The notes beneath the pieces were generated by a model that searched no databases, was not told the DNA's origin, and was given only the letters and a program-made list of their open reading frames with translations. A stretch of DNA of 64,000 nucleotides from an uncultured SAR86 cluster bacterium (lineage in GTDB: Bacteria; Pseudomonadota; Gammaproteobacteria; Magnimaribacterales; D2472): the NCBI GenBank assembly GCA_902628925.1, contig CACOPA010000001.1, positions 326,532-390,531 on the forward strand. The letters run 5' to 3'. Shown here in pieces: positions 48,777 through 58,431 of this stretch; within the stretch, counting starts at the first letter, position 1; each line of letters starts with the position of its first letter. A program made the translations under genes and the position numbers.

Positions 48777-49804
48777 TGTTCATCGGTAAAAGAGAAATTT
48801 CTCATAATTTTACTCCACTAGTTATTGCTGAAATTGGAATTAATCATGGGGGATCTCTCGAGTTGGCCAAGATAATGGTAAAGCTAGCTAGAGACTCAGG
48901 GGCTGAATGTGTAAAACATCAAACTCATTTTGTAGAGGATGAGATGACTAAGGAAGCTCAATCCATCTACCCACCAAATGCAGATGATTCTATATTTGAT
49001 GTAATAAAAAGTAATTCACTCAATATGGATGAAGAAATTGAGCTCAAGAAGTTTGCTGAAGATCTTGGCCTAATTTATATTTCAACTCCATTCTCAAGAC
49101 AAGCGGCAGACTTTCTGAATGAAATTAATATTCCAGCATTTAAAATAGGTTCGGGAGAATCAAATAATCTTGCACTTATTGATCACATAGCAAGCTTTAA
49201 AAAACCAATCATTATGTCCACTGGCATGCAATCTGTTGAGTCTATTAAACAATCAGTTAGTGTTATAAACGCGTATCATGATGAAATATGTTTACTTGAG
49301 TGCACAAATCTTTACCCATCACCTCCTGAAAATGTATCTCTGCAAGGCATAATAGATTTAAAAAATACTTTTCCAGATATACCAATTGGATTCTCTGACC
49401 ATTCCATTGGACCCTCAATGGCATTAGCTGCCCTTGGACTTGGTGCATCTATTATTGAAAGACATTTTACTGATTCAAGATTTAGAAGTGGTCCGGATAT
49501 TTCTTGTTCAATGGATCCTGCTGAACTTAGATTTTTAATTGATCGTTCAAAGGAGATACATATTGCTCTCAATAATCCCAAACAAAGAACTAAAGAAGAA
49601 GAAGCAGTTTATGCATTTGCAAGGAGCTCAATTGTAGCTGATCAAGATCTTAAGAAAGGAACTATTTTAGATAAGTCTCATATATGGGCTAGAAGGCCGG
49701 GCAATGGTGAAATTTCTGGCTCAGAATTTTTTGATATTTTAGGTAAAGAATTAATCAAAGATTTATCAAAAGGTGATCAACTAAAATGGAGCGACCTTAA
49801 GTAA
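48776..49804 (+). CDS. neuB: N-acetylneuraminate (sialic/nonulosonic acid) synthase
   Basis: Collinear by eye with N. meningitidis NeuB: IAEIGINHGGSL, GAE.VKHQTH, ISTPFSR.AA, IPAFKIGSGE.NN, STGM...ESI, HFTD....GPD..CSM, and a C-terminal SAF domain. GTG start shares one base (48776, TAGTG) with the wzz stop. Confidence 0.88.
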   Translation: MFIGKREISHNFTPLVIAEIGINHGGSLELAKIMVKLARDSGAECVKHQTHFVEDEMTKEAQSIYPPNADDSIFDVIKSNSLNMDEEIELKKFAEDLGLIYISTPFSRQAADFLNEINIPAFKIGSGESNNLALIDHIASFKKPIIMSTGMQSVESIKQSVSVINAYHDEICLLECTNLYPSPPENVSLQGIIDLKNTFPDIPIGFSDHSIGPSMALAALGLGASIIERHFTDSRFRSGPDISCSMDPAELRFLIDRSKEIHIALNNPKQRTKEEEAVYAFARSSIVADQDLKKGTILDKSHIWARRPGNGEISGSEFFDILGKELIKDLSKGDQLKWSDLK

Positions 49805-49813
49805 TTAATAAAA

Positions 49814-50491
49814 ATGATTTTTTCTTTAATTCCAGCTCGTGGTGGCTCAAAAGGTATAAAAGATAAAAATCTTTCTAAGGTTGGCAATCTATCATTGGTT
49901 CTAGGAGCTATCAAATGTGCTGAGAGTAGTGGTATTTTTGATAATATAGTTGTTACCAGCGATTCATTAAAAATAAAGAAAGAGATTCAAGCAAAAAACG
50001 CTGAATTCTTGAGAAGACCTAAGTCAATTTCAACGGATTCAGCCTCAGCACGAGAGGTTGTTGAGCATTTTATATTGAGTAAAGACCTTAAAGACGATGA
50101 TATCGTAGTTTACTTGCAACCCACATCTCCTTTTAGAACAAGTAAAAATATTCATGAAGCTCTTGATATTTTTTACAGAGAAAAATGCGCAGTTACAAGT
50201 GTAAGCGAAGAAAAATTGTATTATGAAAAATATCTCACATTAGATAATGCTGAAAAACTTCGAGAGCTATTTATTAAAAGTAGTAGCTCCAATAGACAGT
50301 CTCTAAATTATGCTTTTAAACCAAATGGAGCGATTTATATTTTCAATAAACTTATGTTTGAGACAGAAGATGGATTTCCAATTAATGGCTCCTGTCCATA
50401 TTTTATGAATAAAATTGAAAGCCTGGATATAGATGATCCAAAAGACTTAGAAATTTGTAGAGCTATTTCAAAAAACTTAAATGAAAAATAA
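49814..50491 (+). CDS. neuA: CMP-N-acylneuraminate synthetase (cytidylyltransferase)
   Basis: Contains IPARGGSKGIKDKN, LQPTSPFR and NGAIY. This is the short form without an esterase domain. Confidence 0.85.
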   Translation: MIFSLIPARGGSKGIKDKNLSKVGNLSLVLGAIKCAESSGIFDNIVVTSDSLKIKKEIQAKNAEFLRRPKSISTDSASAREVVEHFILSKDLKDDDIVVYLQPTSPFRTSKNIHEALDIFYREKCAVTSVSEEKLYYEKYLTLDNAEKLRELFIKSSSSNRQSLNYAFKPNGAIYIFNKLMFETEDGFPINGSCPYFMNKIESLDIDDPKDLEICRAISKNLNEK

Positions 50492-51623
50492 AAAAATAAT
50501 TTTTTTAACAGGAACGAGAGCTGACTTTGGAAAGCAGAAAAGCTTAATAGAAAGCGTCTATGGCCATAAAGATTTTGAAGTATATATTTTTGTAACTGGT
50601 ATGCATCTTGAGAAAGAATATGGATATACATTTGAGGAGGTTAAATCTAATTTCCCAAAAAATATTATCGCCTTTAAAAATTCCAAAAAGAATAATTCGA
50701 TGGATGAGATTTTGGCTAATACTATTTTAGGCTTCACAAAAGTTGTAAAGGAGATAATTCCTGATTTTGTTGTAGTTCATGGTGACAGAGTTGAGGCTCT
50801 TGCAGGTGCAATAGTGGGAGCATTAAATAATATTAGAACTTTGCACATTGAGGGCGGTGAGAGATCTGGAACTATCGATGAATCTATAAGGCATTCTATA
50901 AGTAAGTTATCTCATATTCATTTAGTTGCCAATAATGAAGCTATGCACAGGTTGAGATTGTTGGGAGAAGATGAAAAATCTATTTTTATTATTGGATCTC
51001 CAGATATAGATATTATGAGGTCTGATAAATTACCTAATTTTGAGAAAGTATTAAAGCACTATGAGATACCATTTAAAGATTATGGAATTTTACTTTTTCA
51101 TCCCGTCACCACAAATAGCAAAGATCTACCTAAATCCGTAAAGAATCTTGTAGATTCAATCATTGATTCCAAGAAAAGATTTATTGTGATTCTTCCAAAT
51201 AATGATTTAGGTACAGAGATTATTCAATTTGAGTACAAGAGATTTACAAAAAATGAAAACATTAAGGTTTTTCCTTCTATACGCTTTGAGTATTTTTTAA
51301 GTCTACTCAAAAATTCTCAATTCATAATTGGAAATTCCAGTGCTGGAATTAGAGAAGCTCCTTTTTACGGGATTCCAACAATTAATATTGGAGATAGGCA
51401 AAGCAATAGAGCAGAGGGTGAATCTATATTAAATATAGATTTTTCCAAAAAACAAATACTTGAAGCTATAAACAATTCGTTAACTAAAAAATTCAACAGA
51501 ACTAGAGATTTTGGAGATGGAACAAGCGATAATAGGTTCTTGAAATTGCTTGAGGGGGATGATTTTTCGAATATAAAAATTCAAAAAAACTTTATTGATT
51601 TTGTTTCCATGAACACTCTTTAA
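50481..51623 (+). CDS. neuC: UDP-N-acetylglucosamine 2-epimerase (hydrolysing)
   Basis: Contains I.FLTGTRADFGK, VHGDRVEALAGAIVGALNNI...HIEGGE.SGTIDE..RH.ISKLSH.H and GNSSAGIREAP. Confidence 0.85.
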   Translation: MKNKKIIFLTGTRADFGKQKSLIESVYGHKDFEVYIFVTGMHLEKEYGYTFEEVKSNFPKNIIAFKNSKKNNSMDEILANTILGFTKVVKEIIPDFVVVHGDRVEALAGAIVGALNNIRTLHIEGGERSGTIDESIRHSISKLSHIHLVANNEAMHRLRLLGEDEKSIFIIGSPDIDIMRSDKLPNFEKVLKHYEIPFKDYGILLFHPVTTNSKDLPKSVKNLVDSIIDSKKRFIVILPNNDLGTEIIQFEYKRFTKNENIKVFPSIRFEYFLSLLKNSQFIIGNSSAGIREAPFYGIPTINIGDRQSNRAEGESILNIDFSKKQILEAINNSLTKKFNRTRDFGDGTSDNRFLKLLEGDDFSNIKIQKNFIDFVSMNTL

Positions 51624-51626
51624 AAT

Positions 51627-52937
51627 ATGAAAATTTCAATCGTTGGAACTGGCTATGTAGGTTTAGTTACTGGTATTTGTCTTGCAGAATTGGGCCACAA
51701 TGTTCTTTGCATTGATAGTGATAAAAACAAAATATCTCAGCTTAAAAAAGGTATTTCTCCAATCATTGAGAAAGGGATTAATTTAGCTCTAAAAAAAACG
51801 ATTTCATCAAACAACATTTCATTTTCTAATGAATTATCTTTAGCTTGTAATTTTAGTGATGTAATTTTTATAGCAGTTGGCACTCCAACAAAAAGTGATT
51901 CAAATGACGCTGACTTATCTATCTTAAATCATGTTTTAAGTGAGATTAAAAATTATGCAAACAGGACCAAAGTAATTGTAATTAAATCAACCGTACCTAT
52001 TGGCACAAATGATCACTTATCAAAGTTATACCCTAAAGAGTCAAGCAATCTTGTTTTTATATCAAATCCTGAATTTCTGAGAGAAGGAAATGCACTATTT
52101 GATGCAAGAAATCCTGACAGAATTGTGATTGGTGGAGTTGACGAAAATTCTATAAAAAAAGTAAAGTCGATTTATCGCAGATTTAAAAATAAAAAAATCA
52201 TTGTCACTGATCCAACTTCATCTGAATTGATTAAATATGCTTCTAACGCTTTTTTAGCATCAAAAATTTCTTTTGTTAATGAGATTGCATCAATTGCTCT
52301 TAAGGTAAATGCGAGCATATCAGACATTACATATGGTATGGGGTTAGATCCTAGGATTGGTAATTTATTCTTAAAGCCTGGTCCAGGTTATGGCGGCTCC
52401 TGCTTCCCTAAAGATGTAAAGGCAATAGATTTTTTTGCAAAAGAAAAAAACTTACACTTACCAATAATCTCAAATATCGAGGTTTCTAATCTGATCATCA
52501 AAAAGAAAATTTTAGAAAGAATTAAAATGGTGCTCGGAAAAAAGAGTAAGGTTAAAAATAAAATAATTACAATTTTTGGAGTCTCATTCAAGCCTGATAC
52601 TGATGATGTAAGAGAGTCGGCATCAGTTTTTCTCATAAAAAATCTTACTAAGCTTGGTTTGAGGATCAAGCTTTATGACCCAATCCTTTCAGATACTAAT
52701 CAAATACCATTTAAAAATAGTGAATGGTATTCATCAGCCTACGATGCAGTTTTGAAATCTCAACTTTTAATTATCATGAATGACTCTAGGGAATTTCTAA
52801 ACCTTAAGCTTAAAAATATAGCATCTTCGATGCAAAGAAAGAGGATTATGGATCTCCGAAACTTATTCAATGTAGATGACCTTTCTCAAGCTGGCTTTGA
52901 AGAAGTTTATAACCTAGATAAAGACATTGTTACATAG
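51627..52937 (+). CDS. ugd: UDP-glucose 6-dehydrogenase
   Basis: Contains KISIVGTGYVGLVTG, NPEFLREG, the catalytic-Cys motif GGSCFPKDV, and FKP.TDD.RES. Confidence 0.88.
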   Translation: MKISIVGTGYVGLVTGICLAELGHNVLCIDSDKNKISQLKKGISPIIEKGINLALKKTISSNNISFSNELSLACNFSDVIFIAVGTPTKSDSNDADLSILNHVLSEIKNYANRTKVIVIKSTVPIGTNDHLSKLYPKESSNLVFISNPEFLREGNALFDARNPDRIVIGGVDENSIKKVKSIYRRFKNKKIIVTDPTSSELIKYASNAFLASKISFVNEIASIALKVNASISDITYGMGLDPRIGNLFLKPGPGYGGSCFPKDVKAIDFFAKEKNLHLPIISNIEVSNLIIKKKILERIKMVLGKKSKVKNKIITIFGVSFKPDTDDVRESASVFLIKNLTKLGLRIKLYDPILSDTNQIPFKNSEWYSSAYDAVLKSQLLIIMNDSREFLNLKLKNIASSMQRKRIMDLRNLFNVDDLSQAGFEEVYNLDKDIVT

Positions 52938-54333
52938 AAATAAATTTAAAATCTTACTCCCTATAGAGAATATTGCTCGTGAATTTGATTATAAATTAAT
53001 TTTATCGAGTTACTTATTAGATAGAGATTATGAAATCATTATCGCTCAACATGATCTTCTATTTTTAATATCAAAGTTTATAAAAAACGGTGTATATATT
53101 GGAAAGAATACAATGACACGACTTAATAATGGAAAATGGTTCTCTGACAGGCACTATAAAATAAAAGCTAACAATATCTCTATATTTCATCTTGATGAAG
53201 AAGGCGCTGTTTATTATGGAAGAGAAGAAGACTGGGTTAAAAAGATATCAGAACTTCGAGTTGATAAGCATGCTTTTGACGAGAATGATTTTGTCCTCAC
53301 TTGGGGTAATTTCCAAGCTGATGTTTTCAAAGAGAATACCTCTGCTTATTCAAATAAAATTTTCTGTACTGGACATCCAAAGTTTGATCTTTTGAAAAAA
53401 AAATATAGCTTCTTTTATGAAACGGATGTTAGGCGCATTAAAAATGAGTTTGAGAACTATATTCTTGTAAACACAAATTTTGCTCATTTTAATAATTCTC
53501 TTGGGAACAAAGATTCACTTTCTCCTCGAATGGGCTATAAAGTAGATAATAATGATGAAAGGATTACCTCAATCAATCAATGGTCATACGTTGGAAAAAC
53601 ATTTTTAGATTTTATCAAGCTAATCACTGCATTGAGCATAGAATTTTCTGATAAGCACTTTGTTATAAGACCTCATCCTTCGGAAAGCCTTGAAATCTAT
53701 AATAAAATTTTTGATGATGTAAAAAACGTAACTGTAAAAAGAGATGGAAGCGTTATCCCATGGATTTTAGCATCTGATATAGTGATTCATGATGGGTGCA
53801 CAACAGCACTTGAAGCTTATTTTGCTACAAAACCCATTATTAATTATCATCCGCATCATGAAGAAAAAACAAATTTATATCTGCCAAACAAGGTAGGAAT
53901 TAAATGCCATGATATAGATTCTGTTAAAGAAGCAATCAACAACAAAGACAACTTACTGCAAAATTCAAATTATAGAAGGCTTGAAGAGGATACTCTTTCC
54001 ATGTCACTAGTAAAAAATATTTCCAATTTTGAAGATTCATTTCATCAAATAAAAAATTTAATACATGCAGAAATTGATAAGAATTCTCAATCTCAAGTCC
54101 AAAATTTTCAGTTAAAATTTTTCATGGCCTTCTCGAGTGCAATAAATTTTCTCAAGCTTATTTTTAGACCATTATTTTCAGAAAAGCAAAAGGATTATCT
54201 TGCATACAAGGCAATATTTCCCGGATTTGATAAAAAATTAGTTAAACATAAAATATCTCTTTTAAATAAGCATAGTAACCACATAGATATAAAATTTTTA
54301 AGTGATCAAATTATCATTCTAAATAAAAAATGA
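52927..54333 (+). CDS. Orphan GT-B-like surface-carbohydrate biosynthesis protein; candidate sialyltransferase
   Basis: 468 aa with no family recognisable by eye. Contains LDEEGAVYY (nt 53194-53205), TGHPKFD, VIRPHPSES (HP at nt 53674-53679) and HDGCTTALEA. TTG start overlaps ugd, and there is an ATGA overlap with the downstream epimerase. Confidence 0.4.
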   Translation: MLHRNKFKILLPIENIAREFDYKLILSSYLLDRDYEIIIAQHDLLFLISKFIKNGVYIGKNTMTRLNNGKWFSDRHYKIKANNISIFHLDEEGAVYYGREEDWVKKISELRVDKHAFDENDFVLTWGNFQADVFKENTSAYSNKIFCTGHPKFDLLKKKYSFFYETDVRRIKNEFENYILVNTNFAHFNNSLGNKDSLSPRMGYKVDNNDERITSINQWSYVGKTFLDFIKLITALSIEFSDKHFVIRPHPSESLEIYNKIFDDVKNVTVKRDGSVIPWILASDIVIHDGCTTALEAYFATKPIINYHPHHEEKTNLYLPNKVGIKCHDIDSVKEAINNKDNLLQNSNYRRLEEDTLSMSLVKNISNFEDSFHQIKNLIHAEIDKNSQSQVQNFQLKFFMAFSSAINFLKLIFRPLFSEKQKDYLAYKAIFPGFDKKLVKHKISLLNKHSNHIDIKFLSDQIIILNKK

Positions 54334-55319
54334 AAGTTCTCGTAACAGGATCAGCAGGGTTTATAGGATTCCATTTAAGTAAACTCCTTTTAGAGAAAGG
54401 CATTACAGTTATTGGTATTGATGGCATGACTGATTATTACGATATAAAACTTAAAGAAGACAGAAATAAAATACTTGAGAGCTATGATCACTTTACTTTC
54501 CATAGAAATATGCTGTCTGATACCGAAAAAATAATTGAAATAGTTAAGAAAAATAATGTGGATACCATAGTCCATTTAGCAGCACAAGCAGGCGTTAGAT
54601 ATTCAATTGAGAATCCAAAGTCATATATCGACAGCAATATATATGGATCATTTAGCATACTTGAAGTTGCGAGGATTTGTTCAATTGAGCATTTACTTTG
54701 CGCATCTACTTCTTCAGTCTATGGTTCTAATGTTGATATGCCATTTATTGAGAATCAGCGAACTGACTCTCAGCTAACGATTTATTCAGCAACAAAAAAA
54801 TCTATGGAATCCATGTGCCATGCTTATTCTGATCTATGGAAAATACCAATAACCGTTTTTAGATTTTTTACTGTTTATGGCCCATGGGGTCGCCCTGATA
54901 TGGCTTTATTTAAATTTGTTCGATCAGCATTAAATAATGAATCAATTGATGTTTATAACAATGGTAATATGTTTAGGGATTTTACATATGTTAAAGATTT
55001 AGTTGAGGCCATTAGACTATTGAGCTCTGTTCCACCTAGCGAAGAAATGGAATCGGATGGGTATTTTTTATCACCATACAGGATTATAAATATTGGAAAT
55101 TCAACTAAGGTTAAACTGAATGACTTTATCCAAGCTATTGAAAAGAAACTTGACTTAAAGATAAAGAAAAATTTTATGGAGATGCAAAAAGGGGATGTAC
55201 ATGCTACTTGGGCAGATTGCTCTGAACTTGAGAATTTAATTGGATTCAAGCCTTCTATAAAAGTTGAGGAAGGTATTTCAGAATTCATTGACTGGTACAA
55301 AGAATATTACAGTAATTAG
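54330..55319 (+). CDS. UDP-glucuronate 4-epimerase (NAD-dependent SDR)
   Basis: Contains VLVTGSAGFIG, YSATKKS, and the hallmark FRFFTVYGPWGRPDMA of the GlcA/GalA epimerase subfamily. Confidence 0.8.
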   Translation: MKVLVTGSAGFIGFHLSKLLLEKGITVIGIDGMTDYYDIKLKEDRNKILESYDHFTFHRNMLSDTEKIIEIVKKNNVDTIVHLAAQAGVRYSIENPKSYIDSNIYGSFSILEVARICSIEHLLCASTSSVYGSNVDMPFIENQRTDSQLTIYSATKKSMESMCHAYSDLWKIPITVFRFFTVYGPWGRPDMALFKFVRSALNNESIDVYNNGNMFRDFTYVKDLVEAIRLLSSVPPSEEMESDGYFLSPYRIINIGNSTKVKLNDFIQAIEKKLDLKIKKNFMEMQKGDVHATWADCSELENLIGFKPSIKVEEGISEFIDWYKEYYSN

Positions 55320-55326
55320 GTCTTGT

Positions 55327-56607
55327 ATGAATTTAAAAGATATCAAATTAGGAATTATTGGGCTTGGTTATGTTGGTTTGCCCTTGGCCTTAGAATTTGG
55401 AAAACAACGAAAAGTTGTAGGCTTTGATATAAGCAAAATAAGAGTAAGTGAGTTAAAAAAAAATTTCGACTCTAGTGGTGAATTTTCAAAAAATGAAATA
55501 AAAGCATCGCAAAAACTTAAATTTTCATCAGAATTGAATGATTTGAGAGCCTGTAATACTTTTATTATCTCAGTCCCAACACCCATTAATAAAAAAAATC
55601 AGCCTGATCTAAGAATTTTAAAAACAGCTACCAAAATGGTAGGTCAGATTTTAAAAAAAAGTGACATAGTTATTTTTGAGTCAACAGTATATCCTGGAAC
55701 TACAGAGGAGATATGTGTTCCTTTGCTCGAGAAAGAGTCAAATTTGATCTTTAACAAAAATTTCTTTGTTGGATATTCTCCTGAAAGGATTAATCCTGGT
55801 GATAAAGTTCATACCTTAAAAGATATTGTGAAAGTAACTTCTGGATCAGATGGTTTTTCATCAAGACTGATTGACTCACTATATGCATCAATAGTTAAAG
55901 CTGGAACATATTTGGCTGACAGTATTAAAACAGCCGAAGCTGCCAAAATTATCGAAAATACTCAGAGAGACTTAAACATTGCCTTGATTAATGAGCTTGC
56001 AATTATTTTTGAAAAGATGGACTTAGATACTTCCAGTGTTCTCCAAGCAGCTAACACTAAGTGGAACTTCTTAGACTTTAGGCCGGGTCTTGTTGGCGGT
56101 CATTGCATTGGAGTAGATCCATATTATTTAACATATAAGGCTAAAGAGCTTGGCTTAAATCCTCAGCTTATATTGGCCGGCAGATCATTAAATGATTCTA
56201 TGAGCAAATACGTAGCCACGAAATTTTACAAACAGATAAAGAAAATCTATCCAAAACCCACAAAACACAAAGTTGTTATATTTGGCGCCTCATTCAAAGA
56301 AGATTGTAAAGATGTGCGTAATTCAAAAATATTCGATGTGGTCAGTGAGTTGAACAAAAGAAATTGCCAAGTAGATATTTTCGATCCTAATTTGAAAAAA
56401 AATGATCTAATTTATTATCAGGATCTAAATTTCACCTTTAGAGCAAAATTAAAAATATCAAATTATCATGGAATTCTATTAGGAGTACCCCATAGAGGAT
56501 TTAAATCTAAGTCTGCAAGCTGGTATAGAAAATTTGGACTTAAGAACGCAGTTTTTTTTGATCTCAAATCTGTGTACCCAATCAATCAGTCTGATATTAG
56601 GCTTTAA
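55327..56607 (+). CDS. UDP-N-acetyl-D-glucosamine 6-dehydrogenase family (TviB/WbpO-like)
   Basis: Near-collinear by eye with Salmonella TviB: IIGLGYVGLPLA.EFGK...VVGFD, VPTPIN...QPDL, ESTVYPG.TEE.CVP, GYSPERINPGDK, ENTQRDLNIAL.NELAIIF, FRPGLVGGHCIGVDPYYL, C-terminal QSD.RL. Start at MNLKD (55327). Confidence 0.85.
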   Translation: MNLKDIKLGIIGLGYVGLPLALEFGKQRKVVGFDISKIRVSELKKNFDSSGEFSKNEIKASQKLKFSSELNDLRACNTFIISVPTPINKKNQPDLRILKTATKMVGQILKKSDIVIFESTVYPGTTEEICVPLLEKESNLIFNKNFFVGYSPERINPGDKVHTLKDIVKVTSGSDGFSSRLIDSLYASIVKAGTYLADSIKTAEAAKIIENTQRDLNIALINELAIIFEKMDLDTSSVLQAANTKWNFLDFRPGLVGGHCIGVDPYYLTYKAKELGLNPQLILAGRSLNDSMSKYVATKFYKQIKKIYPKPTKHKVVIFGASFKEDCKDVRNSKIFDVVSELNKRNCQVDIFDPNLKKNDLIYYQDLNFTFRAKLKISNYHGILLGVPHRGFKSKSASWYRKFGLKNAVFFDLKSVYPINQSDIRL

Positions 56608-56613
56608 TCAGGA

Positions 56614-58431
56614 ATGAAATTAATAAAGAAAATCATCTCATTGCTTTCAGCAAAAGAAAAAAAGCAAGGGATATTAGTGCTTTTGATTGCAATATTCATG
56701 GCAATATTTGAAGTTCTTGGTGTAGCTTCAGTTACTCCATTCCTAGCTGTCATGTCAGATCCAAGCATTGTTGAGTCTAATTCAACACTATCTAAAATAT
56801 ATAACGATCTAAATTTCAAAAGCATAAATAATTTTCTAATTTTTCTAGGGATTATTTCTTTTTCTATAATGCTAATTTCAGCATTTGTTAGAACATTGGG
56901 TATATATTTAATAACAAAATTTGCTCAGTTAAGACGGCACTCAATCTCACTAGTTTTATTGAATAGTTATTTATCAAAAGACTATGAGTTTTTCCTAGCC
57001 AGGGATACGGCTGAATTATCAAAAACTTTACTTTCTGAAGTTGATCAAGTTGTAAATGGTGTCATACAGCCTTTTTCATCATTGGTAGCTTATTCATCAG
57101 CCTCAATAGCACTATTACTATTTTTAATATTAATTAATCCAATTACAACGCTTGCTGCATTAGGTTTGATAGGCCTGTCTTTTTTATTAATTTTTCTATT
57201 GGTACGACCAAAGATGGCACAACTGGGATCAAAACAAATCGAAGCCAATAAGGATCGTTTCAAAGCTGCATCAGAGGCATTAAATGGAATTAAAGAAATT
57301 AAGTTATACAGGCGAGAAAGTTTCTATTTAAACCAATTTAGCAAACCTACATATTTAATGGCGAGGTACATTTCTTTCAACCAAATTTTGTCGCAAATAC
57401 CAAGGTTTTTAATTGAAGCATTTGCTTTTGGAGGAATAATTTTACTTGCCATAATGCTTCTTCAAAAATCAGGTGGAATAGAAGCAAATAATCTTGGAAA
57501 CATAATACCTCTTCTAGGATTATATGCATTTTCTGGGTTGAAGTTATTACCTGCAATTCAGGTTGTATATCAATCATCAACTCAAATCCAATTTTGGCAA
57601 TCAGCTATAAATAATTTGTTAAAAGATTTTATTAAAGGCTTGGAGGCTAAAGCTACAAATGAAATGACAGGAGATTCTATAAATTTAGGAATGTTTGATG
57701 CATTAGAGTTAAAAAACCTATCTTTCTCTTATCCAAAATCAAATCAACAGGCCTTAGAAGAAATCTCTTTTAGTATACAAAGAAATGATTCTTTGGCAGT
57801 AATTGGTAGATCTGGTTCTGGTAAATCTACGTTAGTTGATATTATTTTAGGACTTATTAAGCCAACTGGAGGCGATATTTTAATTAATAATTGTAATTTA
57901 AGAGAAAATATTATCAGGAGCTGGCAAAGCAAAATTGGATATGTTCCGCAAGAAATATACTTACTTGATAGCTCAATATATGAAAATATAGCTTTTGGAA
58001 TTGCTCTAGAGAAGATTGATAGAGAAAGGGTAAGGTCGGTATCAAAAATTGCTCAAATCTCTTCATTTATTGAAAATGAACTTGAATTTAAATATGAGCA
58101 TATTATCGGCGAAAGAGGAATACAGCTTTCAGGAGGTCAGAGACAAAGAATAGGTATTGCAAGAGCGTTATATAATGATCCCGAGATTATTGTTTTTGAT
58201 GAAGCAACTAGCTCATTAGATAATAAAACTGAAAAGGATATTATCGATTCCTTGGGATTGGTAGCAAAAGACAAAACACTAATAGTTATTGCTCATAGAA
58301 TGAGCTCAATATCTATATGTAACAAAGTTCTAATTTTAAATAATGGCTCAGTGTCAAACTTTGGTAATTACAATGAATTAAAAGATAGTGATATGTTTAT
58401 GAAAGAGCTTCTAAAGATAGAATCCCAATGA
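56614..58431 (+). CDS. Fused TMD-NBD ABC exporter (MsbA/PglK-like half transporter)
   Basis: Six hydrophobic helices in the N-terminal 320 aa. Walker A is GRSGSGKST, the signature is LSGGQRQRIGIARAL, and Walker B is IIVFDEATSSLD. Confidence 0.88.
   Translation: MKLIKKIISLLSAKEKKQGILVLLIAIFMAIFEVLGVASVTPFLAVMSDPSIVESNSTLSKIYNDLNFKSINNFLIFLGIISFSIMLISAFVRTLGIYLITKFAQLRRHSISLVLLNSYLSKDYEFFLARDTAELSKTLLSEVDQVVNGVIQPFSSLVAYSSASIALLLFLILINPITTLAALGLIGLSFLLIFLLVRPKMAQLGSKQIEANKDRFKAASEALNGIKEIKLYRRESFYLNQFSKPTYLMARYISFNQILSQIPRFLIEAFAFGGIILLAIMLLQKSGGIEANNLGNIIPLLGLYAFSGLKLLPAIQVVYQSSTQIQFWQSAINNLLKDFIKGLEAKATNEMTGDSINLGMFDALELKNLSFSYPKSNQQALEEISFSIQRNDSLAVIGRSGSGKSTLVDIILGLIKPTGGDILINNCNLRENIIRSWQSKIGYVPQEIYLLDSSIYENIAFGIALEKIDRERVRSVSKIAQISSFIENELEFKYEHIIGERGIQLSGGQRQRIGIARALYNDPEIIVFDEATSSLDNKTEKDIIDSLGLVAKDKTLIVIAHRMSSISICNKVLILNNGSVSNFGNYNELKDSDMFMKELLKIESQ

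Noticed and set aside
48776-51623. Interpreting neuB/neuA/neuC as legionaminic or pseudaminic acid genes (legI/F/G or pseI/F)
   Set aside because: No 4,6-dehydratase, aminotransferase or N-acetyltransferase of the Leg or Pse routes lies in the window, and NeuB aligns closely with the meningococcal Neu5Ac synthase. This cannot be excluded because the locus continues beyond 64000, so it is kept as a caveat rather than a call.
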